The notes under the pieces were generated by a model. That model ran no database searches. It was not told the origin of the DNA and was given only the letters and a program-made list of their open reading frames with translations. Shown here in pieces: positions 9,429-19,764 of a DNA stretch of 64,000 nt (position 1 is the stretch's first letter; each line of letters opens with the position of its first letter). The translations under genes and the position numbers were made by a program. The stretch lies in IMG/VR virus record IMGVR_UViG_3300046007_007030; one strand, written 5' to 3'. This DNA is from a virus.

Positions 9429-12400
9429 TCAGATCTCTCTAAAACCAGAGAAGAGCTTGAACGATAGTTGCGTCTTTATCTGAGCGTATGAGCTACCGTC
9501 CGTACTATATATTTCGATGACCGGCTTCTCTACTTTTTCATAATCATCCTTCGGTTGCTTTTTAGCAGGCACGTCTAGGTTCTGATCTTGCAAGACATAG
9601 AGATAGGCTTCTATCTGTCCCTTCGCATCCGTCATGACGAACCCGTCAGGAGCGTCATTGAAGAAGTCTGGTATCTGAGAAGAGAGATTTGCCCAGGTAA
9701 CAGAAACACCCGTAGTAGCGAATGGCGGAATCGGCACTACCGTGTCGCGGACACTCGTATCGCAGAGGTGAGTCAAGTCTTGCTTAGAGAATAGCACCTT
9801 ATGCTTAGTCGAAGGCTTCAAGCCCGCGGCCGTGAAGTGAATCCTGTAGTAAGTAGCCTCTCCAGCGTTTTTCTTTGATACCTTGACGTCTTTGACTCCC
9901 TTAAAGAACATAGTACCGTCATAGCGAGCTATACCGCCCGGATTAGTAGGAGCGGGCGTAGTAGTGCAAGTGACGTTGATCGGATACTCGATCCTGTATC
10001 TCCAGATGATGGAGTGATTAGTCACTTCGATCTTATAGAATCTACCGTTGGCAGGATTATGATTGAAAGTCAGCTTACCACCGTATCTCATGCCATTAGT
10101 CGGACTACTGACTTTTTGATGATTGGATAGGCTATCTCTAGACGAGATGTAGCGACCACTTATCTTGAAGAACCCGTCTGGTAGAGCGCTCATGTAGTTC
10201 TGATCTGCAGTAGACAAAGGCGTCGAGCTTCCTGTGGTCAAGAACGGAGCGCCAAAATTATTCGCTGTCGTAGACTGATACACGCGCATCACGTCTGCGC
10301 CGCTGTAGAAGTACATATAGATGTTCACGACCCCGGAATCAGCTCCTAGATTGTTAGCCATAGTGAAGTAGGCAGTGCTTATTCTCTGATTGCCGGTCTT
10401 CACTTCCCTGCCCTGCGTCTCCTGATAGTCGGCCCTGGCCACACATATCGGCAAGTCATTGCCAGTGGCCCTGTCCTGACTGACGACGCTGAAGTCCGTA
10501 TAAGGACCCTCGCCGCCAGGGAGCTCTATCTTGATGAGTTCGTACGGTGGCACTGCTCGCTTCTTTTCGATAGAGGCGGAGTACTCGACGCTGTCTATGT
10601 CGGTGTAAGACCTGTCATCGAACGCGTCAGCGAAGAATCCGAACTTGAACCTGTTGATGTTGCTAGCGATAGAGCTAGGTAAGTTGAGGTCCTTCGTGGA
10701 GAGCTCTAGATTAGAGAGTGATACGTAGTACTCTAGATCTTTGATCCTGCGCTCGAGAGATCCGATGTCTTCCATCGAGTAGCGGCGAGGTTGCTCTATC
10801 GCTATGTCTTGCTGCGTCAGTAGTCTCGTGACACGCTTGCTGCTCTGACGACGAGTAAGCTTGACGTCGTTGATGACAGACTTATTGACGACACGGTTTA
10901 TAGAAGCGGCCGCGTTCTCTTCTAGCGAAGGATACGCTGGGACTTTGATGTAGTTCAAGATCATGGTATTCTTAGAAGGCACGGGAGTCAGTAACTCATC
11001 CGGATCTTTAGAATTCAGGATAGTAGTCGGATACGGGTGACCCCTAGAAGTTCCAATTCGACCGTCTGAACCGATGTAGACGGTGTCGATGCGACCGAGG
11101 AAGTACTCCGTGGTGAAGCTCATATTGCTGTCTGGAACCGGGAACTTCTTGTTAGTCGCCGAGAAGGTAGTCGTATACGCCGGATTGAGAGTAGCGTCGG
11201 CTACCGTCGACGCCAGATTAGCCGTGTTGGCTACCTTAGGACGGAAGTCGATGTGGCTGATCATGTCGTAGTTAGTGCCACCAGCCGCATGAATTTCTGG
11301 TATCTCGAACGTGTTGATATAAGAGTTATTGAGCTCAGTGATCGACTTGGCGTCGGTGTTGGCTCTCGTGGTAGAGTTCGCACTCACATACGAATTGATG
11401 TGTACCGGCCTGTCTTCGTAGTTACGAGTGAAGGCGTCGAACTTGACCAAGATATAATCGTTCGGGCCGATGACCAGCGAACTGTCCCTGTTCTTGACCA
11501 AGAAGCCGAGATCGGCGTAGTTCGTGGTGTGATTATGGTCGATGACGAAGTCTCTGGTCACTTCAATGCTGCTCGTATTGACTGCAGAAGTGTTAGCGAT
11601 GTACACGGCCTTGAGACGGAATATGTCCGGAACACCCAAGCACCACGGGCCATTCAAGTTCACCGCCCTGTAGATGTCGGCATTGCCAGTGAAGTTAACC
11701 GTGCTCGTCAAGTTCATGGCGGTGGAGTTGATGACGACGCCCACGTTAGCCAAGAAATTCTGTCCAGAGTTCTGAATTCTGAGTCGCTGTCCTGCGCTGA
11801 AGTTCGCCGTGGTAGTGTTAGACACCGTGTTGCTGCCACTATTGAAGTAGCCATCCACGCCGCTGCCGTATGCTGAGTAACCGAAGCCAGTAGAGTTGTT
11901 GGCCGGGTAGATCTTCACATACAGGTCGCGATTGGCGGTCTTCGTGGTGATAGACGAATTCGAGACGGAGATGTTGAACGCCGCGGCCAGAGGGATCGTG
12001 GTACTAGAGCCGAAGAGTCTAGTGCCGAGATCGATGGTGAGCTGTTGCGCGTTTATGTCGGCAGTAGCGGTGACTCCATTGCGAGTCAATATCGGCAGCG
12101 GAACGTACTTAGGGAAAGTCCTAGTCACCGTCGCAACCGCATTAGTGAATGTGCTGTTAGCGTCGATGGTTAAGTGAGTACCGTTAGCTATGTTGACGAT
12201 TCGACGCAGCTCAGTGCCACCGGTGCTGTTGCTGGACAGGCGAATGTAGTCGCCTATGCGCAGCGAAGTAGTGAACGAGGTGTTACTAGAAGAGATGACC
12301 TTAGTAGAAGTGCTGATGTTGGAGTTTCCAGCGCCTCCGGCTGCGGCGTTCGCGAATACGTCGACCAGCGGCATGATGACCAGTTGCTGCTTCTGTGTGT

Positions 12401-14594
12401 CTGACAGATCAGTATTATAAGGGAAGTACTCGTTTCCAGACAGAGTGATCTGTATGATACCGGTGTTGCTCATCGTATAGAGCGTGCCGGTGTCGTCGAA
12501 GGTCCTGTACTGATAGCTGATAGTGTTGATGGCGAGCGGAGAGTCGAATCCACTGTAGAATGCCAGCCTGTCTAGAGTCTTCTTATCAGAAGAGATCGTG
12601 TTCTTGAGAACAGCGCCGAGAGACGTAGATGTAGCGCCTGCGCCTGCTGTAGTGATATTCTCCAAGACGACGTCTGCAATGCCTTTGACCGTGCTGTCGT
12701 AGTAGATCGACTTGACGTCCTTGAACGATCTGCCCGGGTTCATCTGGATGTCGAAGATGTACATATTGTACTTCGACTCGGGGCTTCCCTGAGGGTATCC
12801 TACTGATGAGCTATCGGCGTATGTGATAGACCTGACCTTGGCCGTGCCTATCTGAGTACCACCTGCTGGAGCTGAGATAGTTCCTGCAGAGTAGTTAGTG
12901 GAATTCGATAGGTAGTTGGCCTCTGCGTTGTAGAGCTTGACTGTGCCGACGGCGCTGAAGTCGAATGAACCAGCCAGTTCGTTGACTACAACGTAGCTGC
13001 CGTAGTTGAGGCTGACATTCGCACTATTCTTGATCTCGGTGTCGATGCCCTTGTCTAGGCTGAACTGATAGTTGCCGTAAGTCTTCACTCTGTAGCCGTC
13101 GATGTAGGCAGTGCCAGGATCGATCACTACGGTAAACGAATTAGCCCTCTCGGCTACGTTGGCGGTCGACTTACAGGCCACGAGGAACTGATCGGTGACG
13201 AAGTCACCAGAAGAGTCGACGGTCCTGATGGCCAGCTCGTCTGTGATATTGCTATAGACGGTCCTCTGATTCTGCTTGTAGGGTACGCCATCGGAGAACT
13301 CTACGATAGAGAAGAATTCTAGGTTCGCCCTGGCTATGTCAGTGTTGACGACTTCGAGAGACGGAGTCAACTGGAGTCTGTCAGCTCCAGGCGCGGTGTA
13401 GTTACGAGTGCCTAGAGCGTTATCTAATAGACTCGTGTCTTCGTAGGCGTCGACGATGTCTTCGACAGTAGAGAATCCTACCGAGACGTTGTTGGGGAAC
13501 GTGTTGTACTTACTGACGACGATGGACTGCTCTGGTACGTTTAAGAAGTATCCCTTCTGGTATACCACGCCGTCAGACACGCCGAACGCGTAGCCGGTGC
13601 CTACTGAGTTAGCACCGGAATACACGGTGATCTGAGCAGAGTAGTTCTGCGCCACGAGCGCGACTCCGGAGCCACCAGACGTAGATCTCACCGTCGCATG
13701 CGGTGCTACGTAGTATCCAGAACCACCTGACAGCATGCTCACGTCTACTACTCTCTGAGAGCCGTCAGTCGTCACCACTGCTGTAGCGCCAGAGCCGATC
13801 GTCTCATCGACGATGGCAGTCACTGCCGAGTTGCTGCTTGAGACGATACTCTCACCAGGTGTGAAAGTCCAAGCGTTGGCGCTCTTCGCGGAATTCGTCA
13901 AGTCTCCAGCTACCGGACGCAGCCTGAGGATAGTCTTGTCAGGATACGTGGCGCTGTCTATACCTATGATGACGGCGTTGGCGCCGGTAGAAGACTGAGT
14001 CATGGTAGAGCCGTTCACCAGCGTACCGACGACGTCGACCACGGCTACGGATGACAGAAACAGTATTGAATCACTGTTGGAGTAGCCGGTACCGGCCGTA
14101 GTGATAGTCACATTAGAGATAGTGTATGTCGGATCTTGGACGGTGAGAGTGTCTCCGGCTGAGAAGCTATTATTTCCGCCGCCGTCTCCTGAGTTTAAGT
14201 ACCTGAGGTAGAGTGTCTTGGTATCCGGATCAGTGGCCTCGAATCCCTCGGCGAAGTCTAGGACGAGGGCCTTGTGATTAGTGCTAGAGACTACGGTCTT
14301 ACCGAGGAAGGCCGATATGTTGACCGGCGCGCCGTCTACCTGAGAGTCCCTGATCTTGACGTATGGATAGTTATTGAGGAAAGAGAACGTGCAGCCGCGT
14401 ACGATCGTACCCTTCTTGAGCACGTTGTCGCCGAATTCCTCGATCTGATTCTGGAGGATAGTCTGCAGCTCATTGAGCTCTCTGACCTGTACGGCCACGG
14501 AGGGCTTAAAGAGGATCTTATAGTAGTTCTTTTCAAGGCCGGCGGCCGCCTCGTCGAAGTACGGAGATACGCTCAGGTCTGTCTCAATTGGCAT
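9429..14594 (-). CDS. Large baseplate structural protein (VrlC/DUF4815-like, N-terminal part)
   Basis: DLSVSPYFD...YYKILFKPSVAVQVRELNELQTILQNQIE and RRYSMEDIGSLERRIKDLEYYVSLS...RFKFGFFADAF motifs. Confidence 0.8.
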   Translation of the reverse strand: MPIETDLSVSPYFDEAAAGLEKNYYKILFKPSVAVQVRELNELQTILQNQIEEFGDNVLKKGTIVRGCTFSFLNNYPYVKIRDSQVDGAPVNISAFLGKTVVSSTNHKALVLDFAEGFEATDPDTKTLYLRYLNSGDGGGNNSFSAGDTLTVQDPTYTISNVTITTAGTGYSNSDSILFLSSVAVVDVVGTLVNGSTMTQSSTGANAVIIGIDSATYPDKTILRLRPVAGDLTNSAKSANAWTFTPGESIVSSSNSAVTAIVDETIGSGATAVVTTDGSQRVVDVSMLSGGSGYYVAPHATVRSTSGGSGVALVAQNYSAQITVYSGANSVGTGYAFGVSDGVVYQKGYFLNVPEQSIVVSKYNTFPNNVSVGFSTVEDIVDAYEDTSLLDNALGTRNYTAPGADRLQLTPSLEVVNTDIARANLEFFSIVEFSDGVPYKQNQRTVYSNITDELAIRTVDSSGDFVTDQFLVACKSTANVAERANSFTVVIDPGTAYIDGYRVKTYGNYQFSLDKGIDTEIKNSANVSLNYGSYVVVNELAGSFDFSAVGTVKLYNAEANYLSNSTNYSAGTISAPAGGTQIGTAKVRSITYADSSSVGYPQGSPESKYNMYIFDIQMNPGRSFKDVKSIYYDSTVKGIADVVLENITTAGAGATSTSLGAVLKNTISSDKKTLDRLAFYSGFDSPLAINTISYQYRTFDDTGTLYTMSNTGIIQITLSGNEYFPYNTDLSDTQKQQLVIMPLVDVFANAAAGGAGNSNISTSTKVISSSNTSFTTSLRIGDYIRLSSNSTGGTELRRIVNIANGTHLTIDANSTFTNAVATVTRTFPKYVPLPILTRNGVTATADINAQQLTIDLGTRLFGSSTTIPLAAAFNISVSNSSITTKTANRDLYVKIYPANNSTGFGYSAYGSGVDGYFNSGSNTVSNTTTANFSAGQRLRIQNSGQNFLANVGVVINSTAMNLTSTVNFTGNADIYRAVNLNGPWCLGVPDIFRLKAVYIANTSAVNTSSIEVTRDFVIDHNHTTNYADLGFLVKNRDSSLVIGPNDYILVKFDAFTRNYEDRPVHINSYVSANSTTRANTDAKSITELNNSYINTFEIPEIHAAGGTNYDMISHIDFRPKVANTANLASTVADATLNPAYTTTFSATNKKFPVPDSNMSFTTEYFLGRIDTVYIGSDGRIGTSRGHPYPTTILNSKDPDELLTPVPSKNTMILNYIKVPAYPSLEENAAASINRVVNKSVINDVKLTRRQSSKRVTRLLTQQDIAIEQPRRYSMEDIGSLERRIKDLEYYVSLSNLELSTKDLNLPSSIASNINRFKFGFFADAFDDRSYTDIDSVEYSASIEKKRAVPPYELIKIELPGGEGPYTDFSVVSQDRATGNDLPICVARADYQETQGREVKTGNQRISTAYFTMANNLGADSGVVNIYMYFYSGADVMRVYQSTTANNFGAPFLTTGSSTPLSTADQNYMSALPDGFFKISGRYISSRDSLSNHQKVSSPTNGMRYGGKLTFNHNPANGRFYKIEVTNHSIIWRYRIEYPINVTCTTTPAPTNPGGIARYDGTMFFKGVKDVKVSKKNAGEATYYRIHFTAAGLKPSTKHKVLFSKQDLTHLCDTSVRDTVVPIPPFATTGVSVTWANLSSQIPDFFNDAPDGFVMTDAKGQIEAYLYVLQDQNLDVPAKKQPKDDYEKVEKPVIEIYSTDGSSYAQIKTQLSFKLFSGFREI

Positions 14595-14608
14595 TATTTG
14601 TCCTCAGA

Positions 14609-16624
14609 TTAGTAGGAGAAGATGATCTTGAAGGTCTCTTTTTGACCGGTAGTCCTAGTCACTTTCTCAATGTTTTCTAGATAGATTATGCGGCCACTCT
14701 CATATACCAGATCTGGCTCGTAGCTGAATGCTACGTATGCAGTGTCTCCGCTCTCTTCTCCAGTTACGGTGTCTCCAGTATTTATGTAGCCGAATTGATT
14801 GGTTAGATACATGACGTTGGCTGTATCTTCTTCGATTATGCCGAATAGGCTACCATGAGAATTGGCCGCCGAGGTGGCCTGGAACACTACCTCGTCTTCC
14901 TCGAAGGTATCGGTCGTAGTCACGTGATACTTCCACATCTGGTTGAAAGTGTTCAGGATAGAAGTCGTATTGGCTACCTTCATGTTATCTACAGTTCCAG
15001 AGGCGCCGGAGTCGTATCCGACCACGTTAGCCCCAGAGTCGTACGGCCTAGTGACGCCGCTGACTGCCACCGCCAGAGCCAAGTCATTGACTACCGTCGT
15101 GGGGTTAGACACGTTGGCCAAGTACATCTCGCAGTCGTTGCAGGCGAAGTTTCCTGGAGTGTCTATGGTCAGAGAAGTAGAGTTGGTGACTCCCAATACT
15201 CTAGCCAATTGCTTATCTCCGGATCCACTGACCAAGTAGATGATGGTGTTGGCTGCTATCTGGTTGAAGTAAGCTTCGCTTGCCGTCACCGAATTAGCAG
15301 ACGTCGTGATGCTGACGGAGTTGGCGAAGATCCTGACCGGGTTGATCTGATACGCAGTCTCGCCGCTGATGAACGTAGTGCCGTCCTTAGAAGTGAAATT
15401 GACGGTGACGTTAGCGTATTGAGGATCTATCATTACACCGACTTGACGGAAGTCGTTGACTGCCGGTAGGCTGTCGCTGCTCTCATTGAATGTGACGCTG
15501 AAGCACACTCTGGACGCCCCGAGCTCGTTATTGGCGTCGTAGCCGTGTCCGCCGTATGGACTCATGACGGGCCTGACAACGGCGTTGCTGGAGACCGGCA
15601 CTACGCTATTTGAATACACATACGCCGTAGCCGACTTGTACCCGGCGCCTCTATTCAGAATCTCAACGTAGTCGATCGTGTTGGCAACGCTGTTGATGAC
15701 GGCTCTGGCCGCGGCGTTGATGGTCTGAGTGTAGTCGCCCTCGATCATGACTTCTGGCGTGATCTCGTACTCCGATGTGATGTCCAGAGCCAAGATGTCG
15801 GAGAGAGTGATCACTCTGTTACTACCCGCCACGTCGTAAGATGCTACTTTCGAGTAAGATCCGGCGCCACTACCAGATACTACTTTGAAGATACATCCCA
15901 CGTAGAAGTCGTCCATGTTAGACGACTTATTGTTGCCAGAGATGTCGATCTTCTTCGAGTTACCGTCGATGTTTAGGTCGTTCTTACCCAGAGTACCCTC
16001 GAGATTGTTGTCGTACTTGGCACCAGGCGACTCTACTATGATGGAGTCTATGGTCCCGCCGACTGCGGCGGTGCTGACGCTGGTATTAGCCACCACTGGA
16101 ATGTAGCTGTCTGTAGCGAACTTCTCCATGTCGGCGTATGGAATCGTGTACATGTACTTCCATACGTAGCCGTCAGAAGTCCTGTAGATCTCATCGAAAT
16201 TGGTGATGTCATTTTTATCAGGAGCGACCGTGGAAGCTACGCTTCTGTTATTATAGAGGCACTTGAATACGTCGTGAGCAGTTCCCCTAGGCACCGTGAT
16301 GAAAAAGTTCTTGGAGAACAAGTTATCATCAGCGTCGTCGTACATGGCATAGAGTGTGTTCGCCACGTAGTTATATCGGTTCACCATGACTTTAGCGTCA
16401 CCGAAACTTACTCTCTTGCCGAAGAGCATGTCGGCATAGACTTGACGCTTACTGACTTCGCTATCGACTGGTAGTATGACTGCGTCACTATTGTCAGCGT
16501 ACTGCGTATGCTTGCTTAGAAAGACGTAGTAGACGTACTGACCGTCGAAGCCGAGAGACACGTCATTGACTATGTCTTCAGCAGTAAAGGTCTTAGCCTC
16601 TTGTGGTACTATCTTATAAGTCAT
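14609..16624 (-). CDS. gp8: Baseplate wedge subunit gp8-like
   Basis: VFKCLYNN, TSDGYVWKYMYTI, GGHGYD...ELGA, NDFRQVG and SGRIIYLENI motifs; gene order. Confidence 0.8.
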   Translation of the reverse strand: MTYKIVPQEAKTFTAEDIVNDVSLGFDGQYVYYVFLSKHTQYADNSDAVILPVDSEVSKRQVYADMLFGKRVSFGDAKVMVNRYNYVANTLYAMYDDADDNLFSKNFFITVPRGTAHDVFKCLYNNRSVASTVAPDKNDITNFDEIYRTSDGYVWKYMYTIPYADMEKFATDSYIPVVANTSVSTAAVGGTIDSIIVESPGAKYDNNLEGTLGKNDLNIDGNSKKIDISGNNKSSNMDDFYVGCIFKVVSGSGAGSYSKVASYDVAGSNRVITLSDILALDITSEYEITPEVMIEGDYTQTINAAARAVINSVANTIDYVEILNRGAGYKSATAYVYSNSVVPVSSNAVVRPVMSPYGGHGYDANNELGASRVCFSVTFNESSDSLPAVNDFRQVGVMIDPQYANVTVNFTSKDGTTFISGETAYQINPVRIFANSVSITTSANSVTASEAYFNQIAANTIIYLVSGSGDKQLARVLGVTNSTSLTIDTPGNFACNDCEMYLANVSNPTTVVNDLALAVAVSGVTRPYDSGANVVGYDSGASGTVDNMKVANTTSILNTFNQMWKYHVTTTDTFEEDEVVFQATSAANSHGSLFGIIEEDTANVMYLTNQFGYINTGDTVTGEESGDTAYVAFSYEPDLVYESGRIIYLENIEKVTRTTGQKETFKIIFSY

Positions 16625-16632
16625 CTTTCATC

Positions 16633-19600
16633 CTAGGCTATATTTGCAGTTAGGTTTGCGGATTCAGGTATAGAGAGATCTATATTGACCTCGTTTACCG
16701 TCGTATGTACGAAAGTGGAGAACATCTTCGTTCCAGCGAGGTGCATAGTGGAGTTGTAGTTATCGAGATAAGACTCTCTCGGAATAGACGTCTTGATGTC
16801 GTAGGAGTACTCTTGATAATAGTTGCCATCGAATAGATATTTACCATCGCTCAAGAATGACGCCTCGTCTTCGTAAGTCCCCAGCGTATAACCTTCTTTG
16901 ATCAATTTAGCCTTGGCGCTGCCGGCTCTCAGGCCGTCAGAAGAGAGGAACGTCACACCCTCGTTATCGAAGAAGTTGAAGCCAGACGATAGCAGATCCA
17001 GACTGCCCACGACGCCGTTCGCTATGGTGACATTGGCGCTGATGACTGCGTTTAGGCCAATGCCTAGCGCGCTATCGTCTTCGGCAATGCCGATTATGGT
17101 GGCATTAGCGCTGGTAGCCGTGCCAGTGATGACTCCATTTAGAGTGAACTGAGCCGTCATTGAGCTGTTAGCGCCTATCGGCAAGTTCTGTCTCCTGACG
17201 TACATGACGCTGGAGCTAGTGATCACTATGTCTTTGATTAGGCCGACGGCACCATTGTCCTGTGAGATCTGCTCGCCTACCATGAAGTTGCCAGAAGAAT
17301 TTGTGTAGGTGATGATGTAGTCTTTCGCATTAAATCCTGAGACGTACGGCTCTCTGACGAGCACCATGGGAGCTAGGTTATAGTCCTCGCCTGGATTCTC
17401 TGCCACTATCTTAGTGATGCTACCGACGTACGCGTTGATGTCGTTTAGAATATCACCGATGAACGGGCCGAATAGGTCTCCCGAGCTATTAGCCGGGAAT
17501 TGCCATGCCACGCCACCAGGAGTCACGTAGTAGTCGCCAGAAGAACTGGACCACGTATTCGTGTCGAGGACGAGGTGAGTCGAATTCGAGACCGTCGAGA
17601 CTTCAGTGAAGTCTGAGATGCCTTGACCACAGACGTACCAGCCTACACTTATGCCGGCGGTGCCTTCCGCTACCGCTACAATGTCAGTGTTTGCCACGAA
17701 TGTAAGTGTCAGAGGAGTAGGATAAGCGGTCGAGTTGGCGAGATTGAGCGACATATAAGGAACGCTCGCCTCGTTATTGCCCCTTAAGAAGTCGGTGTAT
17801 ACGCTATAAGTCTCCGCATAAGCAAACGTATTAGAGATCTCGAACGTGGCGTTCTTGCCGGTGCTGAGGGCTACTAAATTCGCTGTAGTATTAGAACCTA
17901 GGATGATGATGTCGCCGTTGCCGTCGTAGCTGTATCCCCTAGTGTATATTCTATTGTTGCCAGTATTGACGAAATCGTTATTGATATTCGCTATACCGAC
18001 GTAACCGTCATATGAGTTCAAGTAGGCGCTGTTACCGGAGTCTACTCCATTCGCGTACTGCATGTGGACGTCGACGGTGCGCCTGAATACGCCGGTAGAC
18101 TCGGAGAGAGTGACCGTCGCGCTATTACCTGCTCTTACGATGCCACTGATCTTACCACTGGCGGATATGTCGTATCCTCCAGTGTACGCTCTCCTCTGAG
18201 TGAGATACTGACCTATCGAGAAAGGAGTAGTACTATTAGAGACGAACATCGTGAGAGTGTTGCCGAAGCCCACGACGTTGCCAGTAGCAGTCCTGTCCAC
18301 GTATGCCGAGACGTTTATGGAGAAGGTATTAGACGGGGCCCAGAAGTAAGTATTGACCGCCGAGTTGCCGCTAGTGAGATACACGAACAGATTAGCCGTG
18401 CCGAGGTCTAAGTTAGCGATGTCATTGCCCACGACTTCGACAGTGGAGATGACTCCTCCCGTAGAGTTGTAGCTGCTGAGGACAGTGCCTACGTTGATGG
18501 TGGTTATCGCCACGGCGTCATTAGAGTCGAGGACTGTAGAATTGACTAGAGAGTTCGTGCTGAGTACGATATTACTGGTGAATGAGTCCACGCTGACTTC
18601 GAAGTCGCGCAGCTGGCTATTGGCCTTCGCTACTGAGATGACGAGATTTTGCGAAGTAGCATTTACCGCAGAGTTACTGACGATGGTTCCTACTGCCGTA
18701 TTTGATACGGTATTAGTCTGATAGACGACGGCTCCAATCGCGAACCAGGCAGACGCCGGCTTCGTCACCAAGACGGTCTGATGAGAAGTGTCGAATCTAT
18801 AGTTTAGGTTAGCCAGTGGTTGATACACTTCTTCGAGAGTGAAGAAGCTGGAAGCTACGTAAGGAGCCTGGTCCGGATTATTGACGACGTAGTCGACTAC
18901 CACGTTCTGTAGTGTCAAGATCTTATCAGACACGTATATCGTAGAGTTCGAGGTGTAGCCCCAGCCGCCGTCTTCTAGAACGAAGTCCACCACGCCAGTG
19001 GTGTTGTACACGTTCGATACGCGAGCCGTGGCCCCGTGTCCGTACCCGCTGTCAGACACTATCTCTACCACGTCGCCGACTCTGAAGTCCTTACTGCCGG
19101 CGGTGATGTCGAGGCGGCCTAGGGATCCTATGACTTTCGGTCTCTTCCTGTCACTGATAGTGAGACCCTCGTACGTGATCCTCTCGTTGTACATGAAGTT
19201 TCCAGTGATGCTGGATATGAACAAGAGATTGACGTAGCTGCCGCCGACTTTCTTCTGCACGAATCTCTCGGCGAAAGCGGTAGCACCTGAGCGAGTTCCG
19301 ATGACCTTCTTGCCGATGAACTGGTTGATCAGGTCGACGTGGCCGATTTCTAGGTAGTTTCTCTTTACCCAGTGATTGTCGGAGAGCTTGAATAAGTCCG
19401 TGCTAGGATAGTAGACCTGAGCAGGCACGCCATAGACTAGTTTGAAGAAGAGGTCTATGCCTCTCTCGGTGCCCTTAGACCTGTACAGATCTTGTACGTG
19501 CTTCACGAGCGTGCGCTTGTCTACGCTGGTGACGAACTTGAGATACGGTAGGTACTTGGCCTTGTAGTACTCGATGTACTCCTCGGGAGTCTTATCGATG

Positions 19601-19764
19601 TCTCTGTAATCCAGCAGCCTGCGCGTGTGATAGAGCGTCTCGCCTTCCTGCTCGAGGCTGGCGTAGTACATCTTGACGAACTCTACGAACTGCGGGTAGT
19701 TCTCCCTGTATACGAAGGGAAATTGCGAGGGGACGTAAGAACTTATGCGTCTCTCTTCAGTCAT
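16633..19764 (-). CDS. gp7: Baseplate wedge initiator gp7-like
   Basis: QFPFVYRENYPQFVEFVKMYY, LYRSKGT...LFFKLVYG and YYQEYSY...HLAGTKMF motifs; lies between gp6 and gp8. Confidence 0.75.
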   Translation of the reverse strand: MTEERRISSYVPSQFPFVYRENYPQFVEFVKMYYASLEQEGETLYHTRRLLDYRDIDKTPEEYIEYYKAKYLPYLKFVTSVDKRTLVKHVQDLYRSKGTERGIDLFFKLVYGVPAQVYYPSTDLFKLSDNHWVKRNYLEIGHVDLINQFIGKKVIGTRSGATAFAERFVQKKVGGSYVNLLFISSITGNFMYNERITYEGLTISDRKRPKVIGSLGRLDITAGSKDFRVGDVVEIVSDSGYGHGATARVSNVYNTTGVVDFVLEDGGWGYTSNSTIYVSDKILTLQNVVVDYVVNNPDQAPYVASSFFTLEEVYQPLANLNYRFDTSHQTVLVTKPASAWFAIGAVVYQTNTVSNTAVGTIVSNSAVNATSQNLVISVAKANSQLRDFEVSVDSFTSNIVLSTNSLVNSTVLDSNDAVAITTINVGTVLSSYNSTGGVISTVEVVGNDIANLDLGTANLFVYLTSGNSAVNTYFWAPSNTFSINVSAYVDRTATGNVVGFGNTLTMFVSNSTTPFSIGQYLTQRRAYTGGYDISASGKISGIVRAGNSATVTLSESTGVFRRTVDVHMQYANGVDSGNSAYLNSYDGYVGIANINNDFVNTGNNRIYTRGYSYDGNGDIIILGSNTTANLVALSTGKNATFEISNTFAYAETYSVYTDFLRGNNEASVPYMSLNLANSTAYPTPLTLTFVANTDIVAVAEGTAGISVGWYVCGQGISDFTEVSTVSNSTHLVLDTNTWSSSSGDYYVTPGGVAWQFPANSSGDLFGPFIGDILNDINAYVGSITKIVAENPGEDYNLAPMVLVREPYVSGFNAKDYIITYTNSSGNFMVGEQISQDNGAVGLIKDIVITSSSVMYVRRQNLPIGANSSMTAQFTLNGVITGTATSANATIIGIAEDDSALGIGLNAVISANVTIANGVVGSLDLLSSGFNFFDNEGVTFLSSDGLRAGSAKAKLIKEGYTLGTYEDEASFLSDGKYLFDGNYYQEYSYDIKTSIPRESYLDNYNSTMHLAGTKMFSTFVHTTVNEVNIDLSIPESANLTANIA

